From a virus (Duplodnaviria; Caudoviricetes), in IMG/VR virus record IMGVR_UViG_3300025888_000014, positions 1 to 56,306 of that record: 56,306 bases of DNA; one strand, given 5' to 3'. Shown in pieces: positions 47,210 through 55,436 of this stretch (positions within the stretch are counted from its first letter, which is position 1; every line of letters starts with the position of its first letter). Position numbers and translations under genes: made by a program. The notes beneath the pieces are model-generated. The model was not told where the DNA came from. It made no database searches and saw only the letters and a program-made list of their open reading frames with translations.

Positions 47210-48403
47210 TTAAACGATGGTTAACAGTGGCACAGGGATAATAAATTTTCCACCTTTATCTCGAAAGGTTTGTTCCTTGGCAAGGATTTCGTTCTTGTAA
47301 TTCCAGGCGAACAGAATGGCCATATCGGCCTCGGCCAAGCGGTCGGGCGACACGATGGGGATGTTGGTTCCCGGGCTGAACTTTCCTTGCTTCTCGGGCG
47401 TGGTGTCGGTGATAAACTTGATCGAATACTCGCTAAACCGGCAGGCATTGATCCATACGGATGATTTGGCCGAAGCGCCGTAACCGCAAACCAACTGGCC
47501 AGCTTGTCTGGAATAAACCGCCCTGGTGAGTTCACCTATCATCTTCTTCACTTCCTCATTGAAGTCCCGCCATTTCCTTTCCCAATCCATCTTCTTCTCA
47601 AAGTCCAAAAAGGTTTGCACGTTTCCGTCGGCTACAGCATCCCGTCGTTTCAGTAGCATGACGATGGATTGGCCGTGTATGGCATAGCGCACCACGGACA
47701 CCAGTTTGAGGCTGGAAGTGGCTAGCAGGGCATTCATAGCCGTGACGGTCATGTAAGACAGATGCTCGTGATAGATGCAATCAAAGGCACACTGAGAAAG
47801 CATAGGACTACATTCAGGCACCTCGATAGCGATGACGGTTTTATCGTTAGCCAGAATTTCAAGTCCACGGATGAAGTCCTGCCAATCGTCAACGTGGCAA
47901 AAGACGTGGCGGGCAAGAATTAGGTCCGATTTATCGCTAAGTCTATTCGCCAGCTTTTCGTCGAAGAACGCGCAAATTGTCGTGATACCAGAATCATTCG
48001 CCTGCCTGGCGAGATTACTGGCAGGATCAATCCCCGCAACAAATCCCGCTCCCAGTTCCCTAAACCGCCTGAGCAAAGTGCCGGTATTACTTCCAATCTC
48101 CAGGACATTATTCATCGAACAGCGTTTTTTCAGGTCGTTAAAAAGCAGGTCAATGTGGGTTCTATGCGTCTGGCCCTCATCGCTTCGATAGGAGTATTTC
48201 GAGTACAACTCTGCCGGGTCAACCACAACAGAGAGTTGCGCCAGCGTGCAATCCTTGCACAGCATGACGCAAAGCGGGGCGGATGCCGCCACGCCTTCAC
48301 CCGGCCCGCGAAAATCGTTGGCCAGGTGCATGTCGCCCAGGTCAAAGACGGATGTCAGTCGCAACGATCCGCAGGCACGGCATTTAGTGATGGTTCGGTT
48401 CAT
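47210..48403 (-). CDS. NDP-sugar C-methyltransferase (TcaB9/NovU-like)
   Basis: CRACGS..LG..LANDF..CKDCTLAQL zinc domain, LEIGSNTG, IYHEHLSY, IHG, YGASAK, FAWNY. Confidence 0.92.
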   Translation of the reverse strand: MNRTITKCRACGSLRLTSVFDLGDMHLANDFRGPGEGVAASAPLCVMLCKDCTLAQLSVVVDPAELYSKYSYRSDEGQTHRTHIDLLFNDLKKRCSMNNVLEIGSNTGTLLRRFRELGAGFVAGIDPASNLARQANDSGITTICAFFDEKLANRLSDKSDLILARHVFCHVDDWQDFIRGLEILANDKTVIAIEVPECSPMLSQCAFDCIYHEHLSYMTVTAMNALLATSSLKLVSVVRYAIHGQSIVMLLKRRDAVADGNVQTFLDFEKKMDWERKWRDFNEEVKKMIGELTRAVYSRQAGQLVCGYGASAKSSVWINACRFSEYSIKFITDTTPEKQGKFSPGTNIPIVSPDRLAEADMAILFAWNYKNEILAKEQTFRDKGGKFIIPVPLLTIV

Positions 48404-49991
48404 TTTGGAATGTCTTTGTTGCTAAGTTAAAATGCGAATCTGTAATTGTATCTGCGCTTCGAGAATATTGTGCCTTGGTTCTTGGATCAAGGCCAAACCA
48501 TTTATCGCCGTGGTGCCAACCGAGTAACATGTTGCTTTGTCCTCCACGTCGGAAAATGTTGGCTGGTTTTCTCCAATCCCACCAGTCATATTCACCATCC
48601 CACGTTACTAGTTTTACCGGCAAACCTTTCTTGTGAATCATTCTCCAAAAGGTTCTTGCACCATTGGTGTCTGGAGCTTTTATACCCTGGGACTTGTTGG
48701 CCGTACCGTGTTCAAAGTTATAGCGGTCATTCTTGGTAACCATAGGGTAGGGATATTCAGCCAACCATTTCGGCGAACACCAGAAACCAGTGGTGTTTAG
48801 ATGGGGGGATGATTCAAAAGAACTGGTCATTCCGTACATGCCGGGGCCGTGCTTTTGCCACGCTTCCACCATTCGAGTCAGCCATCCAGCGCTATAAAAG
48901 TAGATGCTAGGGCCACAGTACAACGTCATGTCAGCCGTGGATTGTTTAGACGCCGCGATGAAAGCGCCTATGTCTTGACCAGAATTATCATGGTCAAGGT
49001 AGGAAACATTCGGCAGACGGTCAAACATCGCCCGTCGATCTCCGGTTGGCTGGCCACCGTTGCAAACGATGGTAGTCTTGTGTTCTTCGCCTGGCGGGTT
49101 GACAAAATATGTGTTCACGAATCGCTTTGAAAGATTTTCAACTTCCGGGTGCTGCGCCCAGTAAACGTAAACTAGTTCGATCTTCATTTTTGGACCTTCG
49201 CTTTCCTTAATCAATTTCCATCCGTAAATGTAACGCCTTGGCACCATTCGCTTGCCGTGAAAACCGAAAGACTTCCTGGTTCTGTTCAAAAGGTCAACGC
49301 TGAACTTTCCGGCCTGGGACACGGGTGCCCATCGCAGACCCTCAGCCTCTAAACGGGCGCGGTGCGTAATGCAAACGTACTGATCTGCCCAAATCAAGGG
49401 GTCGCTGGTATCCTTTGGCAGCCTCAACTTAGCTTCGAGCATCGCACGCGATTCGATGTAGAACCCGCCATTGCCCACGGTGCCAGGCAAGGGCAACCAC
49501 GGCGCTCCGATGTAGTCGTAGTCGAGAAAGGCAGCATCCCACATTTCAGGGTACAGGATGAACCCATCTTCGTGAACCGAAAATGCGAAATCCGAATCGA
49601 GTAAATGCTGAGGCGCCACCTGGTTTAGGAATGCACTCAACTGGTCGGCTGGCACCTTCTCAACTTTGACCCATTCGAATTCATCCCTAGCTTCAGGACC
49701 TGGATCAAGATGCGAAAGCAGTCGCGTCGTCTTGAACTTGCAGAATCGGTTCATGTAACGAAGAACACGAATCACCTTGTCCAGATAGGCGCGATCATCG
49801 CCGTGCTCGAAGGCGCTCCAAAGCGTAACGTTTGGCAGGTCAATTATGGCAACTGGATCAGTCGTAGGCACGGGCAACCGCTCGGCCTGCAACAGGGAAA
49901 TGCGCGGGTCAATGCCGTGCGCCGCCATCCAGGCGTCATGCAGGCGCTTGTTGTGGGCGACTCGGGGCGGTATTGGGGCGGGCGTGGTCAT
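48384..49991 (-). CDS. Bifunctional glycosyltransferase-like protein (DUF5672-like + RgpF-like)
   Basis: DGF..W..FLDYDYIGAPW..VGNGGF..FS..FGFHG; second domain from MKIELVYVY with NSGQDIGAF, HLNTTGFW, FEHG. Confidence 0.7.
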   Translation of the reverse strand: MTTPAPIPPRVAHNKRLHDAWMAAHGIDPRISLLQAERLPVPTTDPVAIIDLPNVTLWSAFEHGDDRAYLDKVIRVLRYMNRFCKFKTTRLLSHLDPGPEARDEFEWVKVEKVPADQLSAFLNQVAPQHLLDSDFAFSVHEDGFILYPEMWDAAFLDYDYIGAPWLPLPGTVGNGGFYIESRAMLEAKLRLPKDTSDPLIWADQYVCITHRARLEAEGLRWAPVSQAGKFSVDLLNRTRKSFGFHGKRMVPRRYIYGWKLIKESEGPKMKIELVYVYWAQHPEVENLSKRFVNTYFVNPPGEEHKTTIVCNGGQPTGDRRAMFDRLPNVSYLDHDNSGQDIGAFIAASKQSTADMTLYCGPSIYFYSAGWLTRMVEAWQKHGPGMYGMTSSFESSPHLNTTGFWCSPKWLAEYPYPMVTKNDRYNFEHGTANKSQGIKAPDTNGARTFWRMIHKKGLPVKLVTWDGEYDWWDWRKPANIFRRGGQSNMLLGWHHGDKWFGLDPRTKAQYSRSADTITDSHFNLATKTFQNEPNHH

Positions 49992-50185
49992 GATTTTATG
50001 TTGGTACGCTTGACGATTATTGCGTCTCCACCTACCGTGTCGGCATAAGCACGAAAGAAACGCACGTCGGCTTCGGCTTCCTTCTGTGTCATGGAGAACC
50101 TCTCAGGCGTCGATAGGGGCACATAGTCAGAGCCGTGTGCGGATGATCGAGTCGTGTAGTCTCGGCATTCATTCAACTCTTTCAT
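49988..50185 (-). CDS. Hypothetical protein
   Basis: ATGA overlaps at both ends. Confidence 0.55.
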   Translation of the reverse strand: MKELNECRDYTTRSSAHGSDYVPLSTPERFSMTQKEAEADVRFFRAYADTVGGDAIIVKRTNIKS

Positions 50186-50373
50186 GGTTCCATGTGTTTT
50201 ATGTGTCGGCGCAATCTCGCGTTCCATGCCTTGAGCCATTTGATTTTTCCGTTCAACTTAGCCACCACGGCCCCTTCGGTGGCTAACCAGTTGTTGAGCT
50301 TTTCTTGCAGTGCATCTCGTTCTTTTTCTGCCTTCACGGCAGCCTCGTAATATTGTTGGGCAGGTTCAGGCAT
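50182..50373 (-). CDS. Hypothetical coiled-coil protein
   Basis: 63-aa ORF. Confidence 0.6.
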   Translation of the reverse strand: MPEPAQQYYEAAVKAEKERDALQEKLNNWLATEGAVVAKLNGKIKWLKAWNARLRRHIKHMEP

Positions 50374-50381
50374 AAGTTATG

Positions 50382-50558
50382 TTAGCGAAACAGGATTTTC
50401 ATAATTCTCCAGACGATGGCGATTCGTTCTTTCCGGCTGAGATAGACAAAGGACACGTTCACAAGCATTTCAGAAACGCTTTTTATTCTGTCCGCCTCGA
50501 TCAGCGCTTCAATGTAGTCCCGGCATTCCTTTAACTCTTTTGAGGCAGGTTCAGGCAT
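50382..50558 (-). CDS. 58-aa hypothetical protein
   Basis: MPEPASKELKECRDYIEAL...; not in the track. Confidence 0.55.
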   Translation of the reverse strand: MPEPASKELKECRDYIEALIEADRIKSVSEMLVNVSFVYLSRKERIAIVWRIMKILFR

Positions 50559-50561
50559 AGG

Positions 50562-50807
50562 TCATTGAGGATTAGCCGTGGCGGCGATCAATCGTTTTAT
50601 GAATTCTAGATTCTCGACGTGCGTAGCAGCCTTCCCCCTTGTCCCGACCAGATAATCTCTGGTCTCTCCGCTGACGTTTGCGGGGTGGATATAAAAGTCA
50701 ACTAGACCATCTTCACGAATCCTAGCCCGAATGGAAAAGTCAATATTCCCGGCCCTAACATTGTCCTTCAGATATACACCGAATGCAGCAGTTGTAGTTG
50801 TGGTCAT
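50562..50807 (-). CDS. Hypothetical protein
   Basis: GGAG RBS; FYIHP motif. Confidence 0.65.
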   Translation of the reverse strand: MTTTTTAAFGVYLKDNVRAGNIDFSIRARIREDGLVDFYIHPANVSGETRDYLVGTRGKAATHVENLEFIKRLIAATANPQ

Positions 50808-50822
50808 ATTGTTTTCTCCAAT

Positions 50823-50945
50823 TCAACGCCTTACCAAATGGGTAATGAATGCCACAGTCAATAAAACATTCCAAACAATCAGTACAAGAATGGCGTGTCT
50901 GTTCCACGTCACCATGCGAGTTACTAAATCTATCCAAGGTTCCAT
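50823..50945 (-). CDS. 40-aa single-TM peptide
   Basis: GGAG RBS; MEPWIDLVTRMVTWNRHAILVLIVWNVLLTVAFITHLVRR. Confidence 0.5.
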   Translation of the reverse strand: MEPWIDLVTRMVTWNRHAILVLIVWNVLLTVAFITHLVRR

Positions 50946-50979
50946 ATTTAATTCTCCAGTTCAACGCCACCGTGAGACT

Positions 50980-51420
50980 TCATTTCCAGTTTTCCTTTTC
51001 GTTTCTAAATGCTGAGGCTATTTCGGTATTCCAAGCGACTCCAAGCTCCTTTGAAGAAAAATGTTTGGCCAACGATTCAAGCAGTCGTCTAATGGATACG
51101 TTAGTGAAACCGGCAACGTCGTCGAAGGTGGGTGTGTTTCGCAGGCGGGTGGGTTTTTTGCCTGTTTGGAATACTGGGTCTTTTTTCAAATAGAGAGCAT
51201 CCAAATCAGGCGTAGCCGGTTTATCAGGTATATCCATGCCCGTTATCCTTGCCTCTCCGACCGCATTACCTTTGTTGTCCGTGATTTCATGATTCCAGCC
51301 AGATTGCAGTTCTTCACCACGCAATTCGTCTGCCAACTCACACAATATTCTCGCCGCATCGGTTCCATTAGTGGGTTTGAAATCAGCCTCGTCCATTTTG
51401 ATCATTAGTATCAGTTTCAT
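50980..51420 (-). CDS. Hypothetical phage protein
   Basis: ARIL..D.KGNAVG pattern; ATGA overlap. Confidence 0.65.
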   Translation of the reverse strand: MKLILMIKMDEADFKPTNGTDAARILCELADELRGEELQSGWNHEITDNKGNAVGEARITGMDIPDKPATPDLDALYLKKDPVFQTGKKPTRLRNTPTFDDVAGFTNVSIRRLLESLAKHFSSKELGVAWNTEIASAFRNEKENWK

Positions 51421-52784
51421 AAATTACTTTCAATCTCCGTTCCCCCGTTTGCCTTCATTATCTCCCAAAGAACACGGTGCCAGTTCTGGTCATGGCCGAA
51501 AACGAAATCCGGGAAATCCTTTTTGATCGAATCCCACCACGCCTTGCTGAAAGCGAACATGTCAACGGCAGGATGATATTGCCCGCCAATTGATCGGTGG
51601 GCAAAGCATGGCGACTTTGCCAAAATCTCTTTTCCAATTCCCGGCCAAAACTTGAAGTTCGCCCGAGTCAGGCAAATCACGTCATCGTCATTGGCCATTT
51701 GTCGGGCGCGTTGCACAATGTCCCGGACGAAGGGCAATCGCTTTGTTTCCTTGGCGTCAATCAGGCGAGAATCTCGACCGAATGCGCCTATGCCAAGGCG
51801 GCAGGAAATCCATTCGCAAGAAGTCTCAAGATATTCCTCTTCCCAAGACTCGGAGACTTCCTCATGTTCCGTCTTGGCTTCCTTCGCATCTTTCGGCGAC
51901 CAAACGTCAGCAGGTGTCCAGACGTGAATGATATGTTGATCTTCTTTTTCATAAAAACCATCCATGAATGAGGCTAGTCCTTTGATATTCTCAATCGCGT
52001 GCAGCATGTCAACCGCCTCCGCCGCGAAGTCGCTGTAGCGGATGTGGGCAATGTGGTTTGGCCTCCATGCCGACCCGTACCACAACCGGGGCTTGTCCTG
52101 AACCAAGGCGACCACGGGCAGCGTCATAACCGCCCTGGCGAGATGTAGGGGCGCGCTGTCCGTGGTCACCAAGACGGTTGCCTGCTCGAATAATCCGAGC
52201 AGGTCATAAATTCGATGGCATTTGATCTCCGAGATATCGATGATGTTGTACTGCGGAAATTGTAGGCGAAGCAGTATCATCAACAGATCGGTGTATGAGA
52301 ATGGCGATGACGTGCCCGACGTGCAAACCAACATGATCGGTTTGCTGGGGCCGCGATGCTTCTTCGGCAACCATCCTGCCCCTCTCACGGGATCGCGCTG
52401 GTCTATCACCAGCGGCAGGGTGCCCCATTCGGCCAGTCTGCCGGCCAGTTTCCACGCCTCTTTGTCGAAAGCGTCCGTGACGAAATGGTCAGAGCCAATC
52501 TGCGCATAGGCCAGGGCCTTCACCGTCTCCGCTGACCCGCCCGTCTGGCAGACCTTCACATCATAGGACAGTTTGACGGCATCGGCGTGGGCGCGGGCGA
52601 GTTCAAGCCAGTTGCCGTCAAAGACCACGCAATCCGCATAGGACACACCGTCCATGATGTTGGCGTATTCCTTGGCGACCATAATGGCGGAGCGGTGGCC
52701 GTCTTGGGCATCCGCCCAGAGCAGGGGCAGAATGTTCAGGATGTCGCCGTACCTTCCCAAACAGATATAGATGCGCTGATTCAT
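51417..52784 (-). CDS. GT9 (heptosyltransferase-like, GT-B) glycosyltransferase with extra C-terminal domain
   Basis: LGRYGDIL..LP and VTTDSAPLHLA motifs. Confidence 0.8.
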   Translation of the reverse strand: MNQRIYICLGRYGDILNILPLLWADAQDGHRSAIMVAKEYANIMDGVSYADCVVFDGNWLELARAHADAVKLSYDVKVCQTGGSAETVKALAYAQIGSDHFVTDAFDKEAWKLAGRLAEWGTLPLVIDQRDPVRGAGWLPKKHRGPSKPIMLVCTSGTSSPFSYTDLLMILLRLQFPQYNIIDISEIKCHRIYDLLGLFEQATVLVTTDSAPLHLARAVMTLPVVALVQDKPRLWYGSAWRPNHIAHIRYSDFAAEAVDMLHAIENIKGLASFMDGFYEKEDQHIIHVWTPADVWSPKDAKEAKTEHEEVSESWEEEYLETSCEWISCRLGIGAFGRDSRLIDAKETKRLPFVRDIVQRARQMANDDDVICLTRANFKFWPGIGKEILAKSPCFAHRSIGGQYHPAVDMFAFSKAWWDSIKKDFPDFVFGHDQNWHRVLWEIMKANGGTEIESNL

Positions 52785-52978
52785 TTCCAAGCAGGGTAAT
52801 ATTTCGTTAACCACTGTTCAGCCTGTTGGTGCTTGTGTTCTATTCCAGTAGTGCCCACCGATTCGATTATCAATAACGCCGCATCGAGGGCAACTGTGCA
52901 TTCTTTATGAGTCAATTCCGTTCCACCACGCAACATTAACGTAGGTTCAGTTGAAATTTCTGGTGGTATATGGCTCAC
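52781..52978 (-). CDS. Hypothetical protein
   Basis: GTGA/ATGA overlaps. Confidence 0.55.
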   Translation of the reverse strand: MSHIPPEISTEPTLMLRGGTELTHKECTVALDAALLIIESVGTTGIEHKHQQAEQWLTKYYPAWK

Positions 52979-53280
52979 TTCCAGTTCTCCTTTTCGGCGC
53001 GATATATTTCTGCCGATGCAGTACTGCCATAACGATCACACCGTCTGGCCAGTGATTCGAGCAACATTGCGATGTCATGTCGGCCCATAGTGCGTTTTTC
53101 TTTCGGATAACAGCGCAAGTCCGGTCCAGTCCACGGATCGGCAGGGGCAGGCTGAGTCTCCGGCTGTTTCGGTGAAGGAATGCAGATGTCGATCCCTTCC
53201 TTGGTGAACAGTTTGTACGAAGCTGACGTTTTATATATCCCGTCAACCGTCACGTAGCCGTCTATTATTTTTATGTTCAT
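52975..53280 (-). CDS. Hypothetical protein
   Basis: AGGAG RBS before ATG 53280. Confidence 0.6.
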   Translation of the reverse strand: MNIKIIDGYVTVDGIYKTSASYKLFTKEGIDICIPSPKQPETQPAPADPWTGPDLRCYPKEKRTMGRHDIAMLLESLARRCDRYGSTASAEIYRAEKENWK

Positions 53281-53287
53281 TTGACTC

Positions 53288-53494
53288 CTATTTTGTTTCA
53301 ATCCGCGCCTCCCGTACGCACGGGGGGCGATCCATTTTGGCCAGCAGGCACGGTGCGCAGTGTTTTGCCGGCCGTGTTTTACCGTACCACCAGCCCCGAA
53401 ACGTCCACAATGGAACGCCTAGGACATCTGCCGCCTCTTTGTGACGCATCGTACCGGTCCACTTCCTGAGTACAGCTTGGAAGGAATCGGGCAT
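53288..53494 (-). CDS. Cro/XRE-like HTH protein
   Basis: HKEAADVLGVPLWTFRGWWYGKTRP. Confidence 0.75.
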   Translation of the reverse strand: MPDSFQAVLRKWTGTMRHKEAADVLGVPLWTFRGWWYGKTRPAKHCAPCLLAKMDRPPCVREARIETK

Positions 53495-53497
53495 GAC

Positions 53498-53725
53498 TCA
53501 GTTATTTTGGAACATCGGAGTTTGGGGCGAGATCCCCATTTCTTGACGAAGCAATCCCTCAGCTTCGATGCTGTCCGTTAAGGCGAGGGCAAACTCGACC
53601 GCGTTCTTTTCCTTCGCGGCATCATCAGCAGGTACCGGGGTGTTTTTGAAGGCATCGAGCGCTTTGCGTTTCCGGTGAGCGTCGATTGCCAGTAGCGTGA
53701 TTTTCTCTCTTTTTAGTTCGTTCAT
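53498..53725 (-). CDS. Hypothetical protein
   Basis: MNELKREK...; first gene after the promoter. Confidence 0.6.
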   Translation of the reverse strand: MNELKREKITLLAIDAHRKRKALDAFKNTPVPADDAAKEKNAVEFALALTDSIEAEGLLRQEMGISPQTPMFQNN

Positions 53726-53732
53726 AGGATTC

Positions 53733-53761
53733 AATCTCTCATTCTTCCATTGTCGCGTCAA
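53733..53761 (-). promoter_or_regulatory. Putative sigma70 promoter, leaderless, for the glycan/scaffold operon
   Basis: TTGACG-N17-GAGATT-N7-ATG(53725). Confidence 0.5.
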
Positions 53762-53985
53762 CAACATTCTCCATTTGTTTTTTGGTTTCGCAAGTGCCAC
53801 ATTGTCAACGGTACGAGCCGGGGCCACCCGGTAGATGCGTGACGGTGACCAGTTCGCTGACGGTCAAACGGCGTGAACAGTGCGGGCATAGCCAACCTGC
53901 CGGCGTGAACTTCTGGATTTAGCCAACCCATTCCCGACAGATTAACCGTAGCCAAATTGTTTGGTTACATAACCCTTTTGATATT

Positions 53986-55365
53986 ATGGCTTTAAGTGAT
54001 TATCAGTGTGCTCAAATTGCGAGTCTTTTGGCTGAAAGGCCAGTGCAATACGATGAGGATTTCGTAAAAGAGCGAATTCCTTCCCAAAGCGTTTACCTGA
54101 ATGCCTACCCGTCCAAGACGTGGAAGGCGGACACCGGGGACGAAAAGAATTTTGACGTTTACCACGTCACGGCACCGAACGACAACGGTATCTGGGACAA
54201 GGTTGATGCGACGGATTGCATGCAGCCTCTCTGCAACATGCCCCGCAAACAGATCGGATGGGGTCACACGCTCCTGAACTATGGCAAATACCGGACGGAA
54301 TACACCACCCCGCCGTTCTGCTACACCAAGCTTCGCAACATGAATCACGTTCAGATTCAGTTAGCGGAAATCATCAAGGGCCTCAAGAAGATGCCCGATC
54401 AGGTGGTTAATTCCTTCGTTGAATACCATGCAATGCGTCAGTTCGGCAGTGGCGGAGATGGCATGATTTACATCGCCGGTGAAGCCAGGATCGAATTGCC
54501 GGTAAACGATTCCGCCGCTGCGGCCAACCAGGCCTTTTTCATGCCAAACGGCGACATCAACTTGGGTGGGGCCGGAAACGTGCCTACCAGCCAGTTGAAA
54601 ATGGAGTACCTGAATTCCTACGCGGATGTTTTACGGGCCAACGGTTACCACGATGGCGAGTACAACATCGACGGCAAATTCACCATCATACTGGATCTCC
54701 AAACGGCGTTGAATCTGACGACCCAGAACCCAGTTCTGGCCAATATGTGGGCGCTCGCGGACTTCAAGAAAGGCACCGAGTATTACCAGTATGGTTTGAG
54801 CAATGGTTGCGGGAATTTCTTGTTCAAATACAACCATGAACAGCCGCGGTTTAACGACCTCGGTGGCGGGATTATTCGCCGTGTCCTTCCGTGGGAAAAC
54901 GTTCCGACCAATGAAAGCGGTCTCAAGCGGAAATACAGCGCGGCATACCGGAATGCCAAAATCGCCGCATACCACATCTACAGTCGGGCGGCTCGAACCC
55001 TGTTCACTTCGGACGAGGAATCGATCAATCCCGAGATGAAGTTCGGCATTGGCAAGGGCCTCATGGGTGCTTGGCAATGGCTCACGCCGGATGTGATTAT
55101 CACCAACGACCCGCTTACGGGCGTGCAGTGCCAGATCCGAAACGACACTCACAAGCAGGGTTACTGGGTCGGCGAGTACGAGTTGGGCATCAAAAACGAG
55201 AACCCGCTGATCGAGATGTGGATCTTGGCCCTGCGCGAGCCGGCGGCTCCTGGCGATGACGTGCCGATTACCAACGCGAGTGCCGGGTATTGGGACACTG
55301 ACGCCGCGAACGGCTACCAAGACCTGAGGGCGTACAACGACTTGTTCTGCCCGATTGAGGAATAG
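53986..55365 (+). CDS. Probable major capsid protein
   Basis: 459 aa, C-ending codon bias suggesting high expression, long leader, downstream hairpin; no other capsid candidate in the genome. Confidence 0.65.
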   Translation: MALSDYQCAQIASLLAERPVQYDEDFVKERIPSQSVYLNAYPSKTWKADTGDEKNFDVYHVTAPNDNGIWDKVDATDCMQPLCNMPRKQIGWGHTLLNYGKYRTEYTTPPFCYTKLRNMNHVQIQLAEIIKGLKKMPDQVVNSFVEYHAMRQFGSGGDGMIYIAGEARIELPVNDSAAAANQAFFMPNGDINLGGAGNVPTSQLKMEYLNSYADVLRANGYHDGEYNIDGKFTIILDLQTALNLTTQNPVLANMWALADFKKGTEYYQYGLSNGCGNFLFKYNHEQPRFNDLGGGIIRRVLPWENVPTNESGLKRKYSAAYRNAKIAAYHIYSRAARTLFTSDEESINPEMKFGIGKGLMGAWQWLTPDVIITNDPLTGVQCQIRNDTHKQGYWVGEYELGIKNENPLIEMWILALREPAAPGDDVPITNASAGYWDTDAANGYQDLRAYNDLFCPIEE

Positions 55366-55389
55366 TCGGATGGCGGTTTAACGGTTCAC

Positions 55390-55417
55390 GGGGCGCTCGG
55401 TTTAGGCCGGGTGCCCC
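55390..55417 (+). terminator. Hairpin after the capsid gene (no U-tract; attenuator or mRNA stabiliser)
   Basis: GGGGCGCTCGG-TTTAGG-CCGGGTGCCCC. Confidence 0.55.
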
Positions 55418-55436
55418 AAATTCCATGCCTTTACTC

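Noticed and set aside
53869-53955. Mini CRISPR array
   Set aside because: Repeats are only 7-10 bp with ~10-nt gaps; no cas genes.
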